Shown here piece by piece: positions 20,669-31,400 of a stretch of 64,000 nt of DNA. The translations under genes and the position numbers were made by a program. The stretch's first letter is position 1; every line of letters starts with the position of its first letter. A model generated the notes under the pieces. The model worked only from the letters and a program-made list of their open reading frames with translations. It had not been told where the DNA came from and did not search any database. Source of the DNA: Tetramitus jugosus (Eukaryota; Protista; Heterolobosea); assembly GCA_937625935.1 (NCBI GenBank), contig OW569366.1, forward strand, positions 186,001 to 250,000. Reading direction: 5' to 3'.

Positions 20669-22958
20669 CTACGATCTGGAGATGGAGTGTTCAGTGAACA
20701 CTTCCACAGATTGAGATGTTGTATTGTAAATGTGACTTTGGATGAAGCAAGATCCAACGGAACAAGTGGTCAGATAGACATGATCCAAAGATCCATACTT
20801 GTCCAAGTACCACATCTGGGGATCTTTCTTTCGAGGAGTCAATCCCCATGCACCTACAATATGCGCAAGAGAAAGGTGTTAGATGATTTTCTAGCAACAA
20901 AAGTGAAGAAAGAATGAACTTTGTCCATAGATTATACATACCCTGACCAAAGTACCGAATACCCTGACCCTCATCCACCACAAGATTATCGCGTATTGGT
21001 TGAGATTGGAAGAATACGTGGTAGTGATGCTCAAATGCAGCACTCAAATTGTACTTCTCGAACAGAGGCACCACTAAAGTTCGCAAGTCATACACAATAT
21101 CAGCAATCTCAGTCTGTACAACAGGATAGGCAGAAGCATGATAGAGAGCAATTCGGTTTGTTCTGTTTGCTGGAGTTCCGAGCATTGTATCGTTCAGCCA
21201 TTCTGTTTGTTGACCTCGAATAGGAGATATAATATGTGCATCTAGAATATAAAGGACCAAGTGCTGAGCAAACCAATGCTCGTGATATGTTGGAGCTTGT
21301 TGTAGGTTTTCAAGTCCAATCTCATGAGGAAAATAACGAAGATAGAATCCTACCTGAGAACGCTTCTTCCTGAATCCTCCTGCTTCATGATTTCCAATTG
21401 CAGTGAGCATGGGGGTTGATAGACCTGAATCTTGAATCGAATACTTTTCCCAGTTTTTAAACCACCTATCCATTACGAGGTAGCAACTAGGAATCCCGTT
21501 TTCATAGGCAATGTCACCTGCGATCACAGCAAATAAGGGTTGGCTCTTTGCGATCAATTTTGTCAGCTCGATTCCACTTTGACTCCATTCCATGTCTCCT
21601 CCACTGATAAAAGAGACGGAGGAGTTGGATGATAGACTCGGTGCAGTTTTAAACATTTTTGGTTCCGATTTCACCATACCAACACTTGGAAACACAGCGA
21701 CAGCAGTTACTGTATACACTGAATCCGGTTTCAAGTCAGTGAGATCAGCCCAGTATTGAAACCTTGATTGATCCTTAATCTCTGACATTCTAAAGAATTT
21801 TACATCAGCTGTCATCTCGATCGTATTGTTACCCACCAGCGAATAGATCACATAGGTGGCATTGGGTCGATGTGACTGCGTATGGAAATTCACAATCATT
21901 GATTGACTCATATCGCGAGGAACTGTGAAATATACTCTACAAATCTCGTTCATCTTACACACTTGACTCTCATATTTTCGACCTACAGCCGTGCTACTAT
22001 AGCCCTTAATCAGACAAACATGACAAGTAGGCATAATCAGTGCAATAGCCAATGCAATCGATGCAATCAACACCAACACAGCAACAATAAAATATTGTTT
22101 GATTCCAAGCAAGACATCCAACGGATAGTACATGATGTTTCGCATCTGTTCATGCCAAAATCCCAAACTCACATTGTTATTGTTGTTCTTACCCTCGACA
22201 TCATCCATCGTTGTCATTGTTGTGTGTATCACCATTACATCATGATGATCACCATTTCCATGATTCACAGTCACACGATCAAGCTCTACCATGTGACCAT
22301 TCCCATTTGCACCATCATTACAAGTGGTATTATGACTCGCAACATGATTCACCGTATTTTCATTCACTGCTTTTGGTTGTTCATTTGAATTTTTTTTCGT
22401 TTCATCCATTGATTTTGCAGCAGCACGTTGTTTCTTCTTGCGATAATTGACTCGAAAAACCTGAAGCGATCCAATAATGAAAAACAGTGAGGACACTGGT
22501 ATGGATGCTTGAATCGGTACCAATGAAAATAGGCTCAAAATCACAAATGGAAATCCAACCAAGAACCAACACCAAAACACAAAGAATCGATCCAAAATTT
22601 TCAACAATAATCGATGATCCAACCGTTGACCACACAATTTGATTGGAGCTTTCCGTTTTTTACCTTTTGTCAAAGTATCAGCATCAACATCAGCATCGCC
22701 ACCACTCAAATCATTTGTTTTGTTCGTTTGTGTGTTGTTGTTCGATAATGAGGATTGTTGTTGTTGTTGTCGCCGACGATGAAGAAGATAGGAGCATGTG
22801 AGACGCAGTGGTAAGAAAATGACGAGTGAAAGGACAAAGACAACAATGTAGATGGAGAATGCACCGAGGAGATACAGGTGATAATAAGTGATGATTTCTC
22901 TCGGTTTTCTTTGGTATTGACTGAGGTAGTATGATGCCTCAGAATCATGAATGTTCAT
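20669..22958 (-). CDS. Membrane-anchored purple-acid-phosphatase-like metallophosphoesterase, intron 20854-20941
   Basis: GGD, GDIAY, GNHE, LYH and EHHYH motifs after an FN3-like region and several TMs. Splicing restores YFGQGAWG. Confidence 0.85.
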
Positions 22959-23132
22959 TGTTTGATTGTTTTGTTTTCTTTCGTGCAATTAGCCTTGCGG
23001 AAACAGAAGGGTGACAATGGGTGAATGGAAGTGCCATGCGCGGGCTTTTGTGAAGCAAAAAGAATCTTTTTGAGGATAAGGAACGGCTTTGCGGATCAAA
23101 GGTGCCCTGATTAAAATTGTATCGTTTGTTTT

Positions 23133-26100
23133 TTACTTGGTTTTCACTGTTAGCTTTTTGTACACTTCAAAGTTTGCCATCTTCATGTCAATGAAGCTGC
23201 CATCCTTCCATTTCTGAATAAAGTTGTCATACAGTGGAGACAAAAAGTTGCCTGATTGACCCAATGGGATAATGAATTTGTCAGAGGCTGGAGCCTGACC
23301 ACCCTTGTAGTCATTGGCCATATCAATAATCTGTCTGTAGGAAACACCTTCTCTGGTGGTCAAGTATTGATCTTCAATGACACCAACATTGGCAGTTTCT
23401 GTACCACCAATGTTCATCATTGTCTTGGAGGCCAAGCATCCCATTGTTCTTCCCTTCAACAATTGATGAACAAAGTCAACTTGATGAATGTCTGATCCCC
23501 ATAATGGAACACTACCATAAGTCTTCTCCAAGCTCTCAATAGACTCTTCCAAAACAATTCCTGCAACTTGGAAGCAAGTCTTGTTGTAAGCGAGTGTGCA
23601 TCCAATGTCATTGTTGTTCAATGCATGAATCAAGTATGCTGGGTCTCTCCAGTTCTTGATCTTGTTGTTACTTTCCTTACTGATCATGTTACCCATGTTG
23701 TAGAACCACATTTCGAAGATGGATGCTTCTTGAGAATAGAGTTTCTCGTCAGCGTCCCACTTGACAAGCTTGTCTCTCCATGTATCAATTTCCTTTGACA
23801 CATTTCCGGCCAACTGCTTGAAGATGAAATGGAAATCTTCAAACAAGGCAGAGTGAACATCATATTGAATGTCTCTCATGTCCTTCCATGAAACAGTACC
23901 GTTGAAAGTCTTGTTAGCGAGCAAATAATCAATTCTTTGTGCTCTGTAAACCTCAAAGAAGTCTTGAGAAATGCTGTACTCGAAACCGCGTGGAGTCACA
24001 CGGTTGTTAGCAGAGGAAACAAATCCTCGTGCTGGATTCACGATTTGAGGCAACTTGTCAAATGGAATATAGTTGGTTGGTTCATCGAAATAATCGTATG
24101 TACCATTACCAGGAACAACATATCGACCACTGTGACCTTCAGATCTGATTGGAATCTTACCAGCCAAATGATAAGCAATGTTTCCTTGAGTGTCAGCATA
24201 GACAAAGTTTTGTGATGGCACAACGTACAATCTCATGGCGTTCAAGAAATCTTCGTGATTCTTGGCAAAGTTCAACTTCATGTAAGCAGAAACAGTGGTA
24301 TCAGCTTCATCTCTTCCAACCCAATGCATTGACAATGGAACACTCTGTTCAACACCCATCATATCATTGACCACTGGACCATAAACAGTCTCCAAAACAG
24401 TCAATGTGACATCGGCGCGACCCTTGACCTTGATAGTCTCAGTTCTCTTTTTGTAATCCTGAACAGCATTGTTGTGCACATAGCTCTCACCAGCCACCTT
24501 TTCATGAATGGCAAAAATGTCTTGAGCATCAGCAAAACTGTTCGTGACACCCCATGAAATATCCTTGTTACGTCCAATGATAACACCAGGAGAACCAGCA
24601 AAGGAAGCACCAATAACATCTAATCCATCAGCACTCTGGATGTGATTCAAGTACCAGATACCAGGAGCAGTCTGTTCCAAATGAGGATCATTGGCCAACA
24701 TTGGCTTACCACTCTTTGTCAACTTACCAGCAACAACCCAGTTGTTTGATGCTTTGGCCATCATTGGCTTCAAGAAGACACTATCAAAAGCACTGCTAAA
24801 CAACTTGGATTGCATTGGCTTATAGAATCCAGCAACTTCAGTCTTGGTGTTGTTGACCAAAGATGGTTGATAGAAACCATCATCATTGCTCAAAAGGGCT
24901 TCAAGCTCATCAATCTCCTTCTCAGACAGAGTAATGTTCAATTGAGCAGCACTCAAGACTGTGATCTTGTCCTTTGGATACAATGGCAACAATTGATCGA
25001 TACGACTCTTGGTCAAACCTTGTTGAAGCAGTCTGTAACGAATGATTTCTCTCTGATGGTTTGCAGAAAGTGAGAAGGCCATAACCTTTGACCAAGTGGT
25101 AACATCCAAAGGTTCCCACTTGCTTGGCTTAATCTTCAACAGAGAGAACTCTGGAGAGAGAGCAGGATTGGATTCATAGAATGCATTAATACCATCGCAG
25201 TATGCTTGGAGCATGTCCTTGATATCTTGAGAGAGAGCACTCAATGCACTAGTACCAGCAACACGGAAACCAATGGTACGAGATCCCTTATCAACATCGA
25301 TTGCGTCCGGTCCAGCAATCTCTGCCAAGGAGCCAGCACCAATACGCTTATGGAACTCCAGTTGCCACATTCTGTCTTGAGCGTGGACAACACCTTGAGC
25401 AAATAGGGCATCGTGAACGGTTTGTGCCTGAATGTGAACAATACCGTTGGCTTCACGAGTAATCACAGGTGGAGTAGATCCAGTGAGCTTACCGGATCCA
25501 AAGTTCAATGATCCAGATGTTTGAGGCAATGTGCTCTGTTGAATTGGAACAGCAACAACAGTGAACAAAAAGAGAACAATCATGGCAGCAACACTGACCA
25601 ACAATGAGACAGTCTTGAGAACAAAGATGAAAATCTTGGTAGTCCGTGATTCTTCACCATCATTGTCCTCATCGACGTCATCATCTTCATAGTCTTGATC
25701 ATACTCCTCATCTACATTGTTTGCTTCATAGTGACTGTTGTCATCAAATGTAGAAGGATCAGCAAACCAGGCAAATGGACCCTTGACCGGATTCTGTTGT
25801 GCTCGTTTCTTAAATAGTTGGAAAATGTGGAAAATGTGATAGAGGCAAAATGAGAGAACAATACCCTCCAATGCCACCAAAAAGATAAATTCTGCGTAAC
25901 CACAGACAAACAACAAGTGATAGTGCAACACTGCCACGACAGTGACACAGGCAATAGATCCAAAAACAATGACCCACAGCACTAGGAACAAAATCAAGTT
26001 CAACCACCTATTCTCAACAATCTTCTTCAGGAGGGATGGTTCAGGTTGATCTGCATAACCATGATCTTGTGTATCTTTTCTTAACAAACCGGTAGCACCA

Positions 26101-26150
26101 TTGGCTCCAGTGTTGGCATATTCATCAGAAACGGAACCGTACGATGCCAT
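23133..26150 (-). CDS. Penicillin acylase family Ntn-hydrolase with N-terminal multi-TM extension
   Basis: AQGVVHAQDRMWQ, ASNNWVV (catalytic Ser), LANDPHL, QNFVYAD and GQSGN. Confidence 0.95.
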   Translation of the reverse strand: MASYGSVSDEYANTGANGATGLLRKDTQDHGYADQPEPSLLKKIVENRWLNLILFLVLWVIVFGSIACVTVVAVLHYHLLFVCGYAEFIFLVALEGIVLSFCLYHIFHIFQLFKKRAQQNPVKGPFAWFADPSTFDDNSHYEANNVDEEYDQDYEDDDVDEDNDGEESRTTKIFIFVLKTVSLLVSVAAMIVLFLFTVVAVPIQQSTLPQTSGSLNFGSGKLTGSTPPVITREANGIVHIQAQTVHDALFAQGVVHAQDRMWQLEFHKRIGAGSLAEIAGPDAIDVDKGSRTIGFRVAGTSALSALSQDIKDMLQAYCDGINAFYESNPALSPEFSLLKIKPSKWEPLDVTTWSKVMAFSLSANHQREIIRYRLLQQGLTKSRIDQLLPLYPKDKITVLSAAQLNITLSEKEIDELEALLSNDDGFYQPSLVNNTKTEVAGFYKPMQSKLFSSAFDSVFLKPMMAKASNNWVVAGKLTKSGKPMLANDPHLEQTAPGIWYLNHIQSADGLDVIGASFAGSPGVIIGRNKDISWGVTNSFADAQDIFAIHEKVAGESYVHNNAVQDYKKRTETIKVKGRADVTLTVLETVYGPVVNDMMGVEQSVPLSMHWVGRDEADTTVSAYMKLNFAKNHEDFLNAMRLYVVPSQNFVYADTQGNIAYHLAGKIPIRSEGHSGRYVVPGNGTYDYFDEPTNYIPFDKLPQIVNPARGFVSSANNRVTPRGFEYSISQDFFEVYRAQRIDYLLANKTFNGTVSWKDMRDIQYDVHSALFEDFHFIFKQLAGNVSKEIDTWRDKLVKWDADEKLYSQEASIFEMWFYNMGNMISKESNNKIKNWRDPAYLIHALNNNDIGCTLAYNKTCFQVAGIVLEESIESLEKTYGSVPLWGSDIHQVDFVHQLLKGRTMGCLASKTMMNIGGTETANVGVIEDQYLTTREGVSYRQIIDMANDYKGGQAPASDKFIIPLGQSGNFLSPLYDNFIQKWKDGSFIDMKMANFEVYKKLTVKTK

Positions 26151-26693
26151 AACTACTACTACTATAGTGTATTGTTGTTATTAAAACTTCTTTTTTTTCA
26201 AACAAGTGTGTGTTGTTTGCGTGTGTGTAGTAGTTGTTGGTGGTGATGGTGGGTGATTTTGTTTTTTTTCTTGTGTTTTTGTGTGGAGCTTTTTACGAAG
26301 GCATTCGAATGTCGTGTGTGCGTCGCAAAGGCCACGAAATGGATAGCGGGGAAATAACTGATTTTGGCGCGATTGTCGTGTTTGTCCTTGCGTGTGAAAA
26401 CGCGAAAAATCCAAAGGTTGACCACACAAACTTTACCCGTGGATCGCACATCAAGAGAAAACCCTCATCAGATGTAGGAATGAGATCATGCGACCAGCTT
26501 TGAACATGTTTTGTTTCATGACTCAATTCCTTCACATGACATGCTGATTATTGTATTCAGAGGGAATGAAGGGACAAGTGAGAATCTTCGACCACGGAGC
26601 GTCGATCGGAAAAAAGGAATCGTGAAATGCGAAATTTAGCTCGGTCAAAGCAATGTCAAGTTGATTGGTCTAAGCAGGATAGTTTATGTTCAT

Positions 26694-27200
26694 TTATTTG
26701 TAGACGTCTCTGGACAATGGCTTTCCAATGAGTCCAGCAACAGCTTCGTCATCCTCATCCTTGACAAGCATGTCCAAGATTTGTTCTTGTTGTGCAGCAT
26801 CGTTAAAGTCCAATTGAGTGAATTCAAAGTTTGGATACAAGTTGGATTCCAAGAACAATTGAGGGATCTCTGGAGTAGTGAACATCCACAATTGAGTCAA
26901 GACAAACTTTGCCTTCTCACTTGGTCCATGAATGTAGCACGATCCGTAGGCAACCTTGCGCACACCATTGTCCATGTACTGTTCTTGCAAGTAACCACCA
27001 ACCAAGTTCTCATTCATAAAGAGGAGAGCATAGAGCTCATCAGGGTACTTGTACTTGGCCAACCAGATGGAGTGATTTTGAGCATTTGGGTAGTTCTCCT
27101 TGAACCATTGCTTGGATTCGTCCTTTGATCTGTTGGAGACGACGTCTTTCCAGGTGTTGAGCTTGAATTCAGGGACTGTGACTGGGGTTTCTTCTGCCAT
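26694..27200 (-). CDS. Stand-alone EF1-gamma C-terminal domain protein
   Basis: FKLNTWK...SN...WF.E......SIW...YKYPDEL...FMNENLVGGYLQ matches the EF1G domain; no GST domain. Confidence 0.8.
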   Translation of the reverse strand: MAEETPVTVPEFKLNTWKDVVSNRSKDESKQWFKENYPNAQNHSIWLAKYKYPDELYALLFMNENLVGGYLQEQYMDNGVRKVAYGSCYIHGPSEKAKFVLTQLWMFTTPEIPQLFLESNLYPNFEFTQLDFNDAAQQEQILDMLVKDEDDEAVAGLIGKPLSRDVYK

Positions 27201-28453
27201 TGCTTTGAGTTATTGTTGTTGTGTCTTGGTGAGAGAGATTGGTTCTTTTTTTTACAAGTATGCGAGCTTCAATTTGTGTGAAATGCACTGGCAACACGAC
27301 GATCGTGTATTTGGCGCATCGGCTATAATTCTCCGCATGGTTCAACAAGACGTGTTTCACTTCAATTCACCAACTGAAGAGTGCATGATTGTGATGACCA
27401 GCGGAAACGTTATGTAGTATGACAATGACCTATTGCAAGATCCTAGGTGTTATGGATTAAATAGGTTCAACTTGGCCTTAAGGTTGTTGTTTGCACGACT
27501 TTCTTGGTCCTACTTAAGAATTGCCGCTTCAGAAACCAATGACCGACTTCTCAACAAGACTCCAAATCAATCACCATTTGTTTATGAGTTCGTTGTTACA
27601 TCAAAGTGAGCTTTCCATCGAAATGGAAGGAAAGATAAATCATTTATACTCTACTAGAAGCCGTCAACCCAACCCCGCAATTACTTCTCTTTCACCACAA
27701 GCAACACCAAACAACATTTTGGTGGTAGGGCGCCTCTAATGTGCGATAAGTTGCTATTGACGAAGGAGAGGGTATTTGGCCGGACGTCATTGAAAAGTGA
27801 TGCATGAATGTTATAAGAGTGGTTTGCCTCTTTTCATATAGCTCTTGTTGAGTTCAATCGAACCCGAGACGTGTTCTCGTCCATCGAAGGGAGAGTCGAA
27901 GAGAAAATTGATGTATTGAGAGTTCCACAGCAACCTCAAAATTCGTTTTCGCTTGCAGTTGGGGTACAACTACCTGGCTACTTCTTGTTGTGGTACCAGC
28001 ATTGCGACAAAGTTCAGGGAAACTTAGTAACATCGTGGCATCTGCTTGCTAAACCAGAGAGTGTTGGTGCGCCTGCATTTACAAAGAAGACGTTGTGCGC
28101 GAATGGGTTATCTCCCGAATGCACCATTTGAGGAATCTGATCGCATAAAAATCTTGCGCCCTTATTTTTTGTCCTCAACGCATTGGAATCTCTCTTATCG
28201 GGACGAACACTTGACATGTTGTTGATGATGTGTGGGCCCAAAACAATACTACACACATCTTAGAGTTCGCAACTCTTGCCATGAGAGGTCATACCCTGAA
28301 ACAACAAGACCACTACAAGCCAACAAACAAACTCACACATAGTCTTGACTTGTAGCTAGAGACCAAAGATAGTTTCATCCCAACAACGACTACACAGAGA
28401 TTCCACAACAACAGACGTGTCTATCAGACTTCACAAAAAAGAAACAACTCAAA

Positions 28454-31400
28454 ATGAATGATAGATATCAGTCTTCATTGATCTCCATTTTGTTGTTACT
28501 GTTGTGTGTCATCACCACAACTCAAGTGGTCGAAGCAGGTTACTTGTTCACCGCGGGTAGCAACTCTAGTCAACAATTGGGTCACTCCGGATCGGAATTG
28601 GGCCGTGTTCAAGGTGACCTACTGTTTCAAAATGTGACGGCCGTGGATGCCGGAGAAAATTTTTCCTTGGCAATACTGAATGGAAAAGTTTACAGTTGGG
28701 GTACACACCCTAATGCCCTCGGTGTAAACTCAACATTCACAAGCACGAACGTTCCGACACTTCTCAAGGGATCTCTGACTGGTCGTGTAGCTACTGTTGT
28801 TCGTGCCTGTCAAAATCATGCCTTAGCAGTGGATTCACTGGGCAAGGTCCATGCTTGGGGGCTTAACGCTCACTATAGCTTGGGCACAGGCGATGTAACG
28901 ACAACTTATGCACCAACAATGGTGACTTTTTCTTCCAATGTCTCTGATGTATGCTGCGGAACTGATTATACGGTTGCTCTGACAACCGCTGGAGCTGTCT
29001 ATACTTGGGGTATTCGAATTGGAGGAGGGGCTGACATCATGACTCCAACAGCAAAGGGTCTAACTGGCATTACCAAAATTACTTGTGGAAGAGCACATGC
29101 TGCAGTCTTGAGTAGTTCTGGTGTCCTTTACAATTGGGGAATGAATACAAAGACTCAATTGGGTAAAGCTGATCTTCTTGGTCTCACTAGCGATTTCGCA
29201 CACAACGCACTATCAGTTGCTAGTAAAACTGTGGTTGATATCGCATCTGGTGGTGATAATGGCTATGCTGTGACTTCAGATGGAAGTTTGTACGCTTGGG
29301 GTGATGATTCGCAGGGTCAACTAGGAATAGGGGGAGTCATTCTATTAGGAGGTGCACCTGAGCTTGTTGTTTCTTCAGGTGTCACAAAGATTGTTGTTAG
29401 CAACTTTAAGCCGACGGCACTCATTACAACTACGCTCAATAATGTACTTTCCATAGGCTCAGGATTACTGGGACTGTTGGGGTTGGGTGGTGGATCCAAT
29501 TCACCAGTGGCACTGCCAAACCTCCTACCTCAATCAGCTTTCTCAAAAATTTCATTGGGAGCATCACACAGTCTATTCATTTTATCAGGAACTACTTGTA
29601 ATTTATTATTTAATGGTGAAGTTGGTGTTTGCAGTGGAAGAGGGAATTGCTCACAGATTGACTCTTGTGAGTGCCCTCTCGAACAATACACTGGATGGAA
29701 TTGCCACCTTCCAGTGTGCTTTGGATTGGCCTCCGATAGCCTCAGTGTATGCTCTCTCAATGGCAATTGCTCTGACCCAAATAGTTGCATTTGTGATGTT
29801 GGATTTACAGGAGCTAATTGTTCCATTCCTATGTGCTATGAACACTCTGCTCTTGATGTTTTAAACGTTTGTTCTGGTCATGGACTCTGCTTGGGCAAAG
29901 ATACATGTGAGTGCCTTCCACTGTGGACAGGAGCAAACTGCTCAATACCGGTACCACTATGTTTTGGACATTCTGCTCTCGACCTATTACATGTTTGTTC
30001 TGGAAATGGTCAATGCACCAGTGGAGATAACTGCATTTGCAACATTGGATTCACAGGTATTAATTGCTCTGTTCCACTGTGTTATGGACACTCTGCTCTT
30101 GATATTTTGAACGTTTGTTCCGGGCATGGTCTCTGCTTGGGTAAAGACGATTGCCTTTGCAATCCAATGTGGACAGGGCCAAACTGCTCAACACCGACAT
30201 GTTTCGGACATTCAGCTCTTGATCTGTTGCATGTTTGCTCTGGAAATGGTCAATGCACAAGTGGGGATAATTGTATTTGCGAGATTGGATTCACAGGTAT
30301 TAATTGTTCCATTCCTATGTGCTATGAACACTCTGCTCTTGATATTTTAAACGTTTGTTCAGGGCATGGTCTATGTTTGGGCAAAGATAATTGTCTTTGC
30401 AATCCATTGTGGGGTGGATCAAACTGTTCTCTACCTCTTTGTGGTGGTCTCCTCGGAGATGATCATTTGAATGTCTGCGGAGGGAGGGGAAACTGCTTGC
30501 TGCCAAACCTTTGTGATTGTTCGAGTGGCTTTGGTGGACTTCTTTGTGAATTAACAGATTGCTTTGGTTTTCTTAGTAACGATTCATTGAATGTATGCTC
30601 ATCACATGGGCAGTGTATAGCACCTAATCTTTGTCTTTGCAGTGATGAACACGAAGGACCACTGTGTGATATTCTCAAAACATTTACGATTGGGTTCCAC
30701 GGTTTGAATGAACTTGATAGTGTATGTGGAGGCTTGAATGTGACAGCTTCTATCTCTAGTGTATCACTATTTTCGTTGGTGTCAATCAGTTGGTCAATGA
30801 GACAAAATGGAATTTCTACGCCATTGACACAAACCTCGGGTTATAGTTTACATGTTTTGCCGGAGTTAGGAGCTGGTGAGTTTACACTTGTAGCGACTGC
30901 AACTGCTAACATATCAGGTCTGGTTCTTGAGAAAACTGCTGAATTGAAGTTACATTTTGATTGTGGTCTACCTCCTCTCTGCTTCCTACAGGAGTCAATA
31001 TCCAACTGCTCTTATCATATTGGTTTTGCAGACAATGGTAATTCTATTATCCCAGGTGTCAAGCATCTGTTTTCCAGACATAGACCATTAACATTAGTCC
31101 CCTCTATTGTTAATAATTTGGGACAACTAGTGCTTGATAAGCTAGGCTTCTCGTTCGATTGGGCTGTAGGTTCTTCGGCACTGAACTCAAACTTGTTAAC
31201 TATTAACGGTTTTAATCAATCTGAGTTAGTACTGAATCCTGTATCAGCCGTTGAGGGAATGGGAGATTTAACGGTGAATATTACACTAACTATCACTACT
31301 CCATTAGGAGGTGTGGCAACCATTCCCTTTATCCTTAAATCAAGACCATACATTCCAATGGTCACGGTGCCTAATAATTGTTTGACCGCCTCTCTCACAT

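Noticed and set aside
27420-28450. Short ORFs in a 1-kb intergenic gap
   Set aside because: No coding signature.
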